From: Guillardia theta CCMP2712
Lineage: Eukaryota > Protista > Cryptophyta
Direction: 5' to 3'
Length of the DNA: 64,000 nucleotides
Assembly: GCF_000315625.1 (NCBI RefSeq)
Contig: NW_005434660.1
Coordinates: forward strand, 104,023 to 168,022
Shown piece by piece: positions 12,180-29,841 of the stretch. Position 1 is the stretch's first letter. Each line of letters starts with the position of its first letter. The notes beneath the pieces were generated by a model. It saw only the letters and a list, made by a program, of their open reading frames with translations, searched no databases and had not been told where the DNA came from. The position numbers and the translations under genes are program-made.

Positions 12180-14271
12180 CTAGAAATTCATCTTTCCTGT
12201 ACAGTCCAGGCTCACAATACAAAACGAACTTTGGATCTCACTAACTCACATTCGGTTGTTCTGCGCATACACCACCAGCCCGCTTTGCAGCATCCTCCTC
12301 CACAACCTTTCGACTCTTGTCAAGATAGTTCGCTCTGCAAGCTCTCGCTCGATCTCACCCGATCCTGTGAGATATTGGCGCCTCTCCCTGACTCTCATCT
12401 GAAGTATCGTCAAGTGGAGCAGGAACAGCCGGGAGAAGCAACAGGGGAGGGGAGGGAGGGGAGTGAGTAAGTGAGAGAGAGAGAGAGGGAGGGAGGGAGG
12501 GAGGGAGGGAGGGAGGGAGGGAGGGTGGGAGGGAGGGAGGGAGGGAGGGAGGGAGCGAGGGAGGGGGAATGGGAGGAGATTGCCTTGCTCGTCCAAGTCG
12601 ACGCGAAGTAGCAGTGAGATGTCGTGAACCGAGTCGTGGGGGAGGATCCCCCACGAGCCTCTGTGACAAGAGCTCAAGGGAGGCTAGACAACATCGACCC
12701 AACCTCGAGATCTCTCCCAGCAGCTGCATCCTGCGGCCAACCATCGTCATCCCTCGACACAAGGCCAGCAGCCCTCACCTCGTCCACGTGGCATGTCCAA
12801 GAAAGATGTAGACGGGCACACAGATCTTGCCTTCCTTGTCTGATTTCTGAATCCCACACTCTGAGAGCATGAGGGCAACTACAAGGGAAGGGACCGGAGA
12901 AATACGTCAGAGCGTGCAATAGCGACATGTCAAGATCTTTCTACCTTCCTTTGCATCGCCGAATATTCCAAAGGATTGTTCACCTGCAGAGCAACTTCAG
13001 GGTCCAGGGCTGGCAAGAATTTCTCTTTACCCTGGCATATAACAGATACGCTGCTATTCTCTTGCATACCATCCACTGAGCTCACAAACTTTGGAACGAA
13101 GAGATGTCATCGCAAGGCTCTGGCACGTTTGGCTCCTCACTCACCCCGACTGCTAGAGCGTGATCAGGCATGACAGGTCCACCCCGGAAGTAGTATGGCT
13201 GGCAGAAGACGTCAGCATGCTTGTCTTAGGGAGTTGGGGCAAGTTGCCTCAAGTTTCGACTCAGTGCTGCCCAGCGATGAGATAAACTCGTTCAGCTCTG
13301 ATTGGATCTCCTGATCAACGAGGAGTGAGCGACATCGCGGACAAGGACAAGCGAAAGAATAAGAAGAAATCTCAGACGAGACAAACAGCAACCAAGGCCC
13401 TGCAAGCTGATATCTCACCCGTACGTTGTCCGTTGCGTCCATGATAGCCGTCACATTGACACCCTTCACAGCATCTCCCGGCAGCAGCTGCCCCTACTTA
13501 TCCATCACATCTTTCTTCTTTTCAGTCTTCATTCACCTCAGTCTCCTGCACGACTCTTGTTATGAGGTAAACTGCTCGATTCCAATGGGACCATCTCCGA
13601 TGGAACAACACCTTGAATCAAGTCATTCCCCACCCACCGCCGCCCTTGTCACCTCCAGCAACGTCGGCGATTCCGAGTTGCGAAGCAAGTTTTCGTTTTC
13701 CGTTGAGATGAGGGCGAGGCCACTAGAGATATCTAGATCAACAAAGTCACCGATGCCTTGAACGTCATGTCATGAAACGCACATCGAGGCGGAACTCCAC
13801 TGATCTCGGCTATGATGTCCATCCTTGACGCAGGGGGGCAGTTGAAGGGTTGACGACAGACGCTGCAGATCTTATGTCTGGGTGAGAGAGGATCAGCAAA
13901 GGAGCGCGCTGAAGGTAGTCAACTTACCTTTCATCCTGTGATTGGAAGAGCGGATGGTTGGGTGAGCTGATCTGGACGGAGAATTGCCAAGTTTTCAGGC
14001 ATTTGCTGTGAATGTACTTCTGACTTCCAGTGCAGTTGCAAGGAGAGATCAACGGGTTGTCTTCATCGTCTTCATGGTCAAAGCAGATTCGACAGTACCG
14101 CTCACTCTCTATCGCCTCAGATGTCTCTCCGACATCCATTTGCTGATGCTCATGTGCTGCATCGTCGCTCGCAGCATCCTCAGGGTTCAGATCAGGTTCT
14201 GATTGTGAGGATCGCTCTGAAGCATCTTCCAAAGCCTCGACATCTGCAGGAACATCTTCGTTGCTGGACAT
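12180..14271 (-). CDS. RING-CH (RINGv) E3-like protein fused to a DUF179 (YqgE/AlgH-like) domain
   Basis: CRICFD...LISPCNCTGSQKYIHSKCLKTW...CSVC; later exons give RAVYLI, GVNV, YFRGGPV and IFLGHATWTRMQLLGEISRGSWG. The 3' end is approximate. Confidence 0.75.
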
Positions 14272-15160
14272 CAACGTAGGCCTGAATTCTCAATTAGACC
14301 ACAAGAATGGATGACATGTCATATCAGGGATCGACAGAAGACATGTTGTTTGAACACCCTCTCCGTCATCACTTCTGATAGTCTATCTACCTGATCTATA
14401 TCGTGCTTTCATCCCTGTACTCTCCATATAGACACGAAAAACTCCCAACACCTTCCTGAGTCTCCGTCCAACAAACTCTTAACCCTACATGAATTGCAGC
14501 AGAACCAGGCTGATCTAGCTGCACCAATCATTGCAGCATCATCTCTCGTTACAACTCACCTTGTCTCTCCCTCCCTGCCCCGTCCCTCGCTCCCACCCTC
14601 CTCCCCTCGTCCTCTCTGACTAACACCATATTGATCTACGGCTCTAGTTGCGCTACCCTATGTACCCTCCTCCCCCCTCCTCCCCACTCAACTCTGAGGC
14701 TGGCCCGGACATATATTTTTGTTAATACTCTGCCGCAGCACGTGCCGCATGCAGAAATGGCGGGGATGGAGGAGGGAGGGGGAGAAAGGGGGGGAGAGGG
14801 AGGCGAGGAGGAAGGGGAGGGGCGAGAGACGAAGGGATAGGAGGGATAGGAAGGATTGAGGGGCTAGAGCAAGGAACATCTGAAAGTAGCAATAGGTCTG
14901 CAGCATGTCATAGTAGTCACGATCCATGTTCTTAACTTGTCGTTTCTGATCTCTTCTTTGCAGTCGTTGACACCTCCTCTCTTTCATACGGCCTGTCCAA
15001 CATTCTTGCTTTCGGGAGATCAAGTTTGTCAGCAGCAGCTGCTCGGCAGAACTGTTTTGCTTCAGGCCCGCCCGTTCTATCCCCCAGCCGCCAATACAAC
15101 TTTGCATGCCCTGCTAGAAGATCGGTGTCTGGGAGGAGATCGATACTTACCTTGCAGCTC

Positions 15161-16117
15161 ATGGCATCCATGAACGTTGCTCTTGTATTTGTGAAGCCTC
15201 ATGCTGTCAACGACAAAGTGCTTTCTCTCACAAGGTGAAAGCGTGTTGTTGCTTGCTCTGAGTGCTGACCCGGGAGCAGATCGCATCTTGAAGGGAAAGG
15301 TATCAAGATCTTGAAGCAAGGAGAGCTGACAGCTGATGTCATCAAGGCCAAGGGGATCATCGACGATCACTATGCTGCGTTGGCGGCCAATGCTGTCAAG
15401 CTTCACCCGCGAGAGCTGCTCGTGTCTGCTGACAGGCAGGCGGACTTTGAGAAGGAGTTCGGCAAGAGCTGGACCCAGGCCTGCTCGGATGGCTCCGTCA
15501 TGAACCTCGCGCAGTATCAGGAGAAGAATCCTTCCCTGGACGTGACCACCATCGAGAGCAGATGGAGGGCTGGCAAGACGTTCAAGCTCGCCCCTGGCAA
15601 CTACGTCTCGCTCATCTCCGACGATGGCGCGATAGTGGTCAACGGGTTCTACGGGAGCATGAGGGAGAAGTTCACGGCCCCGGGCGCGCAGGTCAACTGG
15701 ATGCAAGTTGAGTTCGACGAGGCGAGCCTGTCCTGGAAGGCCTTCCGCAACGAAGTCATCGGAGCGACTGACCCCAACGCTGCTGCCGGCGGGTCGTTGA
15801 GAAAGAGAGTCATGGAGGACTGGCAGAGCCTCGGCCTTGCCTTCCAGCCTAACACGAGCGACAACTCGATCCATGCGAGCGCCGGGCCGTTGGAGGGACT
15901 GAGAGAGCGAGAGATCTGGATGCAGGTCAGCCTCGAAGAAGATCCGTTTGGGAAGCAGCTCCTGTCCAAGGGAGTGAAGCTCGAGACGATAAGGAGACTG
16001 TGTGGTAACGAAGTTGTGTCCCTGGGCGGCTCGTCTGGTCCAGCCTTCGACGTGTTCGAGGAGATGGACTCCTCCAAGGCGATAGAGCATGTGCTGGAGC
16101 TGCAGAAGTCCTGGTGA
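15161..16117 (+). CDS. Nucleoside diphosphate kinase-like protein
   Basis: ALVFVKPHA, FRNEVIGATDP..A..GSLR and DNSIHASAG (catalytic His); one intron near 15235-15279. Confidence 0.85.
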
Positions 16118-16273
16118 TAGGTGAGGCTGCAGCGAGAGGAGGTTGGGGAAGGGGAGGAATAGGCAGATCAGGGAAGGAGTGGGGAGGAGCTAGAATTCCG
16201 AATGATGTCTGTCAAAAGCACTGGGTTCTGAACACGATGACGATGCTTATGAAATGACAGCCTGACGGGATAG

Positions 16274-16365
16274 CTTGTGTTATACGGCAGAAGGGGGAGA
16301 TGAAACTGTCCAGTCATTTCTTGTGTTATACGGCAGAAGGGGGAGATGAAACTGTCTAGTCATTT
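16274..16365. repeat. 46-bp tandem duplication between convergent genes
   Basis: CTTGTGTTATACGGCAGAAGGGGGAGATGAAACTGTCYAGTCATTT x2, one mismatch. Confidence 0.95.
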
Positions 16366-16724
16366 GACATGTGCGCAGCAGGTGTAGCAGCGTCGATAAT
16401 CAACGACATGAGCAAGGTAGAGCGAGAGACTGTTTGCTTGTCGACTCGTTCCCTATCGTTTATATCAACACGATGCAAACATATCTGCACATGATTTCCT
16501 ATGATTGTTTGTGCAAGCCTTCAAAGTTCGCTGATTGCTGCTGTCCCTCTTATCTTGCTGTTCTAGCGCACTCACTGCTTCGTAACACCGTACCACGGCA
16601 GGTGGCGAGGCCCTTCGCTTCTCGTTCCTCCTTCCATTATTTTTTCCCCCTTTCCCTTTAGCTCTTCAAACACCATTGCCCTCTCTCAATGAAGCATCAG
16701 ATTGGTTGCCCCTTTACTTGTCTA

Positions 16725-19179
16725 TCACATGTTGGCTCGCTCGTCCTCAGTCTTGTCGATGCGGATCATGTCGTCGATGCGGAGAATCGTCACCGCAGCC
16801 TCAGTGGCGAACGCGATCGACTTCGTCTTGCTCATCGTCGGCTCTAGGACACCAGCCTGCAGGCAATTGTGGATGACTCCCGTCCTGCACCAGCCATCAC
16901 GGAGGCGCGACAACGTTAGCGGTCAGTTACCTCAGGTTGAGGCCCGAGCACGACTTCTCCTTGAACTTGCCCGCGTCCTTCTCTTGCTGTGAGCAAGTGA
17001 GTGTGAGGGTGCAGCGGACTGCAAGTCTTGCCTGAGAGTGGTAGTGGTCGGCTCTGAGCTTCGCGACCAGCTCCGTAGCGTCGCATGCAGCGTTCACGGC
17101 CAGTGTCTTAGGGATAACAAGGAGAGCCTGAGCGAACTCCGCGATGGCCATCTGCAGAGCTGTTATCACACAAGGACGATGACGTCCAATCCAATGACCT
17201 GCTCACGTGACCCTAACGTGTGCGCAAAGTTCTCGAGGTAGATGGAAAGAGCAGCTTCAACCTGAGGGCAACGGCATTAGAGCAGTAGGGAACAATGAGT
17301 GCGCGTACCGCTCCTCCTCCTGGAACCACTTCGTTTGACTCCAGCACACGTTTCACAACGCACATGGCGTCATGGAGCGCTCTCTCCATCTCGTCGAGCG
17401 TGTACCTATGTCGAGTCAAACATGACCAATGTTCACGTTGATCCTTCCACTTACTCGTTGGGTCCGCGAAGAAGGATGGAGCCAGATTTTTGGCTGTGCA
17501 GGATGTCAGTTTCCATCAAAGTCTCAGCGTTGCACTTGTTACTTTGCGCATCCTTCAATCACGATGAGTTCGTTGTCACCAACTCGCTCCTCATAGACTT
17601 TGTCTGCTTGACCCAACATGGATGGATCAAAAGATTCTTCGCCTTCCATCCCAGCCATTGAAAGCATGATCGTTCCACCAGTCACCTTGGCAATCCTACC
17701 ACAACGAGTGAGCTCATGCCCCACATCCACGAGAGTTGAAACCTTCTCAAGTCATCCTTCTTCACTCTCCTAACTCCAATCGCTCCAGCTTGCACCAGCC
17801 ATTTCAGGCAAAGGTCATCGATGCCCTTGGAAGTAAGGATGACGTTGGCACCCTGCCCGATGTGTCAGCTTCCGATCCTCCGCTCCTGTTGGACTTACCG
17901 CCTTGATAAGGAGGTCGATTCTTTCCTTCATGATATCTTCTTCTCTATCGCGAATGGCTTGCAACTTGGAAGGATCCGTCACAACCACCTTCAATGTCCA
18001 GGTCATGTCAATTCCAGCAGCAGAAAGCAAGTTGCAGGGTCACCTGTACCCCAAGGCTCATCTTGTATTTCCTCAAGTCGTAATCTAGCAAAGCGATCTT
18101 CGCTTTGTTCACAACGGTCGGCATAGCCTTGATTCAAGATGTCATTTTCGAGTGAGAAACAAGGTAAAACCGATCACCTGGGAAGCCCTGGTGCAGTTCA
18201 AGGCGTAGCCTGCGATGCGTCGACTTTCCTGGCTACTCTTACCGTGGGCCTGGAAGCATAATTAGGCTTCGAAAGTAGGCAAGGGAACATTTGACCTTCA
18301 AGACGTTAATGGCCTTCACAGGATAGCGAACATCGCCAGAGCTGTTGACGGTCTTGACGGACATCACTGAATCAACCGCCATGGCCGCAAAGAAGTCTTG
18401 AATACACCATGAGCAACCATGCAAACAGAACAAGGGAAACATACCGGAATTAATGTTCAAAATCTTGGATGACATGGAAGTCTTTGCAACATTGATCAAG
18501 GCATCCCTCCCCAGCTTGTCAACCTGATCCAAACTGAGCCACTCTTGTGGTCAAACTCTCAAACATCCAAGTACCTTGGTGCTCAGTTTTTCATTCACAT
18601 ACTTGATCGCTTCCTTTTGAGCCAGTCGAAACCCGCTAATGATCGAGGTTGGGTGAATCTTCATGTTCACCAGCTCATTGGCTCTCTGCAATGTCATCAC
18701 AACTTTGTGCGCACTCAAGGACTAGACAATCACCCGAAGCAATTCTGCCGCTAAGATGACAACAGACGTTGTCCCATCCCCCACCTCCTTATCCTGAGCG
18801 GCAGCGTTACACCCGAGCAACAAAAGTCCATTTCTCGTTACCTGGAGTTGCGCCAGGTCTACCAAGACCTTTCCTGCAGGGTGATCCACTTCAAGGAGGT
18901 TTAAGATGGTAGCTCCGTCATTGGTGACGGTTGTGTCGCCAATATCGTCGACTAACATCTTGTCCAGTCCAACTGGTCCCAGAGAAGACTTGACAACATT
19001 TGCTATAGCCATACAAGCCATGACTGTAATGTGACAAAACAACATCAATTCAATCCACGATAACACAGCGTTCAACATGAAGAAATACCATTTTGCGTCC
19101 TCACATCCTGACCAGACTTGCGATCGCCTTCAAGTCCTGTAAGGCCTTCTCCACCGAAGGCATTGCTCCCTTTGACCAT
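16725..19179 (-). CDS. CCT1: T-complex protein 1 subunit alpha (chaperonin CCT alpha)
   Basis: [86 protein letters not shown]; many short introns. Confidence 0.95.
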
Positions 19180-20647
19180 GTCTGGAACAAACAGCATGTG
19201 TGAGTTTTCCACTGTGAGAAACGAGAGGCATGATATGGAAAGGAAATTATCTGCATGAGTCAGAACAGTAAACAAAGAATCAAAGAATCAAACAGGGTTG
19301 ATTACAAAGCATGACAGGTTAGATAGTTTGACTGGAAAGACTTCCATGAAGTCTATGGATGCCTTGCAGTGCGTGCAAGACTGAAAGAAGACTGGGTTGT
19401 TTCATACCAGACATTATCCGTTAGATTAGAATGGTTCTGAAAATCCAGTAATTTAATGACACGACATGCATCAATAGGGAAAATTGATCCCATTGTTAAC
19501 TCTCCTGACCTCTATTTGCTGGCCTTAGGGAACAGTCATGGAAGGATACAGACTTTCTGCAGAGACCTGAGTTTCTTACTCTCCTACACTGTCCGGCCCC
19601 CCAAAGGAGCAAGAAGTTACTGATATCCCCTGATATATGATAACCCTGGCCTTCGAATCACTCGTCACGTTAACTGCTCCTGTAATGTCCAACATTGGTG
19701 CCAACATTCTATTCTTTGTTCATAATTCATCTTCTTTGATCCTCCATTGTCTTTCTCCTTGTACAACTCAAGAACTTCTATGAATCATGTATCTGCCTCC
19801 TGCCTCCTGCCTCTCTTCCTCCGCTTCCCCCTCCACCCTCTCTCCTGCTCTTCCATTTCCCTTTCCCGCCTTTTCTGGTTAACTACCCTACCCACATACC
19901 CTACCCCCACGATCATCAAGGACCACCTTTAATGATGCCCCTACTTTCCTGATAAATTCATCCCATGAAGCACCGGGTCCTTAAATTACCACCCCTCAAG
20001 GAATCATTTGACCACCCCCTCTTTCTTCAAAAACAGATCGCATGCGGTGTCCTATCCTACCCCCTCGCTCCCTCCCTTTCTTACCACCCCCACCTCAACC
20101 TAATTGTACCCCCTACCCCCATATTGTTCTAGGTCCATTGGAGCCCTATTTCCGACCACCTTCCTAGGACCTCACTCATGGTACTACCCTACCCTCTCTA
20201 TTAGAACGTCTTCCTCGTTCTTCGTACCCCTCCTTGTTGCAGGAGTCGGAGGGCAGTAGTAGTTGAAAACGGATGAGGGAGGCGCAATGCTTTGTGCGAT
20301 GAGTCGGAGAGCGAGGCGACATGCAGCAGAAGAGGAAGAGGAGAGGGAGAGGGAGAGGGAGAGGGAGAAGAAGAGTAAGAGGAAGAGGAAGAAGAAGAGG
20401 AAGAGTAAGAGGAAGAAGAAGAGGAGGAGGAAGAGGAAGTGGAAGAGAGGGAGGGGAGGGAGAGAGGAGGGAGAGAGGAGGGAGAGAGGAGGGCGAGAGG
20501 AGGGAGAGGAAGAGCATTTGGAGGAGGGGAAGGGGGGTGAGGGGAAGGAATGGAGAAGCGAAGAAAACAGGGTTAGTTTGTAAACTGTCAGAGCTGGGAT
20601 GGTCGTGGACCTTGTTCAACTTGACTGACATCCTTGTTGCCCCCAGG

Positions 20648-21855
20648 ATGCCAGGGCTTCGACAAGACATCGACCCTAGTGGACTGCTGGAATATTCCGT
20701 CGTTTATACAGACAGGGCTCTCAACCACATGAGCCAGTCGTTTCAGGGGGTAATGAAGGATCTCAGTGCGTCGCTGAAGAGAGCGTACAATGCCAAGGAG
20801 CTGGTCGTCATTCCAGGGAGTGGAACCTACGGGATGGAGGCTGTTGCCCGGCAGTTTGCCAAGAACCAGCATGTGCTGATCATAAGGAATGGTTGGTTCA
20901 GCTTTCGATGGACTCAGATCCTGGAAACGGGAAAGATTGCGTCAAGGACAGTGGTGCTCAAAGCTAGGAGAGAGGGAGCTGGTGGGGATACAGACAGTTT
21001 CCGTCCTCCACCGATCGAAGTAGTGGTGAGTGAGGGGTTGGAATGGTGGCGATCGGATGACAAGTGCTCCAGGAAGATACCATCAAGCGGGAGAAGCCCT
21101 CTGTTGTGTTCGCTCCTCATGTTGAAACCAGTGTGGGGTTGATCTTGCCTGACGACTACATCCGACGAGTGGCAGAGGCGACCAGGTCGGTGGGCGGCAT
21201 CTTCGTGCTGGACTGCATAGCGAGCGGAGCCCTCTGGATCGACATGGCGAGCCTGGGGGTGGACGTGCTGATCTCAGCTCCTCAGAAAGGATGGTCGGGC
21301 CCAGCATGCTGTGGGCTGGTTCTGCTGGGTGAGCGAGCATGTGCACGAGCTTCGTGCTCCAACTCCGACAGTTTCTCCATGGACCTCAACGTCTGGAGAA
21401 AGTTGATGGGGACGTACGAGGCTGGCAAGCACATGTACCATGCTACCATGCCAACAGATGCTCTCCGGATGTTCCGAGACGTGGTGAAGGAGGCAGAAAA
21501 GTTCGGGCTAGACAAGCTGAAGCAGGAGCAAATTCTGCTGGGGAGAGAGGCGAGGGAGCTGGTGCATGCTAAGTTTGGCTTCAAGAGCGTAGCAGCGGAA
21601 GGGTTCCAGTCTCCCTGCGTCATTGTGTCATACACTCAAGACTTGCAGATCAAGAGCGGACAGAGCTTCGCTAAGGTCGGCATGCAGATCGCTGCTGGCG
21701 TTCCGCTCGCCCTAGATGAAGGAGATCGCTACAGCTCCTTCCGCGTCGGACTCTTCGGCCTCGACAAGCTGCTGAATCGTCGGCGAACGATCAAGTTGCT
21801 GGAAGAGGCGATGGAGAAAGTGGTCAAGGGGAGGAGCTCGACGTCGCGCCTCTGA
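20648..21855 (+). CDS. PLP-dependent class V aminotransferase (alanine-glyoxylate/serine-pyruvate-like) with C-terminal PTS1 (SRL)
   Basis: GLLEYSVVYTDRALNHMS, PGSGTYGMEA, HVETSVG, LDCIASG, ISAPQKGW (PLP lysine); one intron near 21026-21072; ends ...STSRL*. Confidence 0.9.
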
Positions 21856-21948
21856 GCTCCTCCTGTTCTCTCTCATGTCCTCTCTTTGTTTCATTACACT
21901 GATAACAAATGAGAAGTCTCAACACCAATATCGACACCCTTCCTTGAC

Positions 21949-21949
21949 G

Positions 21950-21994
<45 letters not shown>

Positions 21995-22012
21995 CCTCGT
22001 CCTCGTCCTCGT

Positions 22013-22081
<69 letters not shown>
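21949..22081. repeat. (CGTCCT)n hexanucleotide microsatellite
   Basis: About 22 near-perfect copies. Confidence 0.95.
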
Positions 22082-22082
<1 letters not shown>

Positions 22083-22511
22083 CCCCCATCAAACATTCTC
22101 CACTCCTCAATGCGCCTGCTATTCAATTTTGTGTCGAGGCTTTGGATTTAGTAGGTCCTCGCCCTACGAAATGCCGGTGCTGCGAGAGACCTGTGTGGAG
22201 TTGCCGCTGGGAGAGAGAGGAAGAGAGGAGGAGGAGGAGGAGGAGGAGGAGGAGGAGGAGGAGGAGACAGACAGACAGACAGACAGACAGACACGTGAAA
22301 ACTGGTATGAGCTCGTGGAGGAGGAAACCCTGGTGTGATGAAGATTACGGCGCGAATGAGAATGAGGATCTGCCATGCAGAGACGACGCAAGCAGGAGCT
22401 GACCTGGCAGTGTGTTCTGAGGAGAAGAGCAGCAGAGCAAGACCAGGCCACAACCCTTCCTCTCTCCCCCTCTCGTCTCCCTCCTATCACTGAATCGTCC
22501 GACCTTCTGCC

Positions 22512-24578
22512 ATGTCCACGACGCTCCCGCTCCTCCATGGCCGAGGAGGCTCGCGCAACGACGTATCTTTCCTTAGCGCATCGAGATCGTGGAGGAGGGC
22601 AGTTGTGTCTGCAGGAGCAGGAGCTTCCTGCTACCTGATGAAGAACAGCAGATGGGGGATTCTGCTTGAGCTGACGGCAGACGGCAGAATTTTCTTCACG
22701 CCCTTGGATTGTTGGCGGAGGGAGTTCTGCAAGGATGGGAAGGTGAGAAGGGCAGCAAGGAAGGATGGTTCAGAGAGAGGGCAGAGACATTCGGCGGACT
22801 TTGATGAGATCAGGTTCACCACTGAGAGCATGTTTGGCTGGCATGTTGTTGCACATGGGCAGGACATCTGCGTTCACCACCAGGAGCAGCCAAGTGCCAA
22901 CATGCCAACAGCGATCTTGGTCCCTGACTCTCTCTTCCTCTTCGGGTACGATGATGAGACAAGGGTCGTCCTCCCAAGGTCTTGTATCAAAGTCCGCAGG
23001 CAGGAAGACTACAAGCACGTCGACTCGCATGAAACTAGTTCAGTCCTACAGGCTTGTAAGCACATGAGCACGGAAGAAACGTACAGGGTCCCTGAAGTCA
23101 GTCAAGCTCCAGGAGAGCTGGAGGAGCCGGACACTCTTGGATCGTTGAGGAGATCGTACGAAAGAAGATCTGGGGAGCATCGGGAGAGGAGGAGGAGAAT
23201 GGAGGAGGTGTTCAAGTACCCAGCGGCGCTGAGGATGCGATGCTCATTGCTGTTCGAGCTGACGCACCTGCACCTTGAGGCAGAGGAAGGTATCATCGAT
23301 GCCCCTGCTCTCAAGAGCAGGAGCAAGAGCGTGCTGCAGTCAAACCTCAAGTGGATGAAGGAGGCGGGCAAGAGGAGCAGGAGCCTGTCTTCCCTCGGCG
23401 ACATATTCGCTGAGGGGCAGGACTCTCTCTGTCATGCGTGGGAGAGGCTGACGTGGGACGCGAAGCTGCGAACGATCCAGTTCCTCCTCAAGTGCGAAGA
23501 CGTGCAACTGAGCGAGAAGCATGCTCCTGTCACTGCTCTGCTGCAGGTGCTGCTCCAATCTGGTGCATGGAGGAGATTCGTTGCGAGCGAGACAGACGAG
23601 GCGGCAGAGAGGAAGCAGCCGGGAGAGGAGGAGGAGCGGGAGCTGAGGGGAGTGGCGGTCTGTGGGAGGGAGGAGATGGAGAGGACCAGGCGACTGTTCG
23701 CGTCCTTGTCGGGGAGGCAGGTGGGTCAGATGTACGACGAGTGCGAGCGGTGCGGCAGACCCTGCAACGTCGCTGGCTCGGGGATCTGCGTGCGCTGCCT
23801 CCAGCTGGGGGGGGACGGGGAGCTTGGAGATTTCTCAGCTGTCATCAGCGGGCCCTCCACCTACCTGGGGGACAGCCGGAACTTTCGTCGGCACTCAGGG
23901 TTCAGTGAGTACCTCGCTCCTCCCTCCGCCTCCCCCAAGAGGGCGGCGGCGGACAAGCTCGCGGCGGTGTCGAGGAGGAGGGAGGAGTTCGGGCGAGTGT
24001 TCCCTCCTATCGCACGTGGAGAGGAGGGGAGGGTGCTCAGGATGGCCGCGATGCTGGCCGAGAGCAAGAGGAAGCCTCCCTCCGACCGGCTCAAGTTCCT
24101 TCAGAACGTCAGGAGCAACGAGCTGGACCAGGTTCTGGACATGCTGCAGCAGTTACAGGACTCGAAGTCCTCCGTCAGCAAGCTGGTCGAGACGAGAGAC
24201 GAGGAGGGGAACACTGGCTTCATGATCGCAGCCGTGCAGGGGCTGAGGAGGATGTGCAGAGCGCTGCTGGACTTCAGCTGCAACGTGGACGCGCAGAACG
24301 TGGAGGGCAACACGGCATTGCACCTCTGCCAGATCAAAGGCCAGCACTCGATGATCCCCTTTATCCTCAAGAAGGTGTGTCAACCCCTCCCGACCCTCCT
24401 ACCTCCTCTCCTCCTCTCTTCCCTCCACTGGTCAACTTCTGTCCTCTCCCTTGATCTCTTCACCCCTCCTCTCCTTTCCTCTCCTCTCTCTCCCCCTCTC
24501 TCCTCCAGTCTGATCAGCTGGCAGGGAGCGGATCCCTCCATAGCGAACTTGCAGGGCAAGACCTACAACGAGTCCTAA
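22512..24578 (+). CDS. Protein with C-terminal ankyrin repeats
   Basis: GNTGFMIAAVQG...LLDFSCNVDAQNVEGNTALHLC...GADPSIANLQGKT; CxxC...CxxC upstream; start uncertain. Confidence 0.7.
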   Translation: MSTTLPLLHGRGGSRNDVSFLSASRSWRRAVVSAGAGASCYLMKNSRWGILLELTADGRIFFTPLDCWRREFCKDGKVRRAARKDGSERGQRHSADFDEIRFTTESMFGWHVVAHGQDICVHHQEQPSANMPTAILVPDSLFLFGYDDETRVVLPRSCIKVRRQEDYKHVDSHETSSVLQACKHMSTEETYRVPEVSQAPGELEEPDTLGSLRRSYERRSGEHRERRRRMEEVFKYPAALRMRCSLLFELTHLHLEAEEGIIDAPALKSRSKSVLQSNLKWMKEAGKRSRSLSSLGDIFAEGQDSLCHAWERLTWDAKLRTIQFLLKCEDVQLSEKHAPVTALLQVLLQSGAWRRFVASETDEAAERKQPGEEEERELRGVAVCGREEMERTRRLFASLSGRQVGQMYDECERCGRPCNVAGSGICVRCLQLGGDGELGDFSAVISGPSTYLGDSRNFRRHSGFSEYLAPPSASPKRAAADKLAAVSRRREEFGRVFPPIARGEEGRVLRMAAMLAESKRKPPSDRLKFLQNVRSNELDQVLDMLQQLQDSKSSVSKLVETRDEEGNTGFMIAAVQGLRRMCRALLDFSCNVDAQNVEGNTALHLCQIKGQHSMIPFILKKVCQPLPTLLPPLLLSSLHWSTSVLSLDLFTPPLLSSPLSPPLSSSLISWQGADPSIANLQGKTYNES

Positions 24579-24582
24579 CCCT

Positions 24583-29222
<4,640 letters not shown>

Positions 29223-29707
29223 GTTAGGCGCTTTCCTGTCCGGATCTCCTGCTACACCTTACCCCACTGCCCAGAGACCAGTGCTGATGTGCGGCTGAGT
29301 TGTAGACACGTCTTCATCTACACCCTGCCATAGTTCGCTTGCGGATCAGCAAACAGACTGACACTTGAGATCGCAATCTGATGTACTTCCTCCTGGTGCG
29401 AGGGTGATATCTAAGCCCAGAAGCAAGAAACTCTCCTCCTTGCTTCTCTCCCCTCTCCTCTATCCAGCGATCCGAGACCTCCTCCCCTTCCTCCCTTCCT
29501 CCGCCTCCTCCTCCTCCTCCTCCTCCTCAGTCCTGCATCGAGCAAGGCATGAAGCGCCTAGTGATCTCCGAGAAATTGCTGACACAAGGAAATGAGGGAG
29601 ATGATACAACGGAATGCGCGGGGAGGAGGGTAACCTCAAATGAATGCGGCAGGTTGTGATGAGATGCGGGTCCGAAGATAGAGATGATGAGCCGAGACGA
29701 ATGAAAA

Positions 29708-29841
29708 TGATGAGATGTTATGATGAGGTGTTATGATGAGGTGTTATGATGAGGTGTTATGATGAGGTGTTATGATGAGGTGTTATGATGAGGTGTTATG
29801 ATGAGGTGTTATGATGAGTTTTTATGATGAGATGTTGTGAT
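29708..29841. repeat. 13-bp minisatellite (ATGATGAGGTGTT)n
   Basis: About 10 tandem copies between the divergent TPR-like and kinase genes. Confidence 0.95.

Noticed and set aside
15143-15152. ATACTTACCT, matching the 5' end of U1 snRNA
   Set aside because: It runs straight into NDPK coding sequence with no U1 stem-loops or Sm site; better read as the reverse complement of a 5' splice donor.
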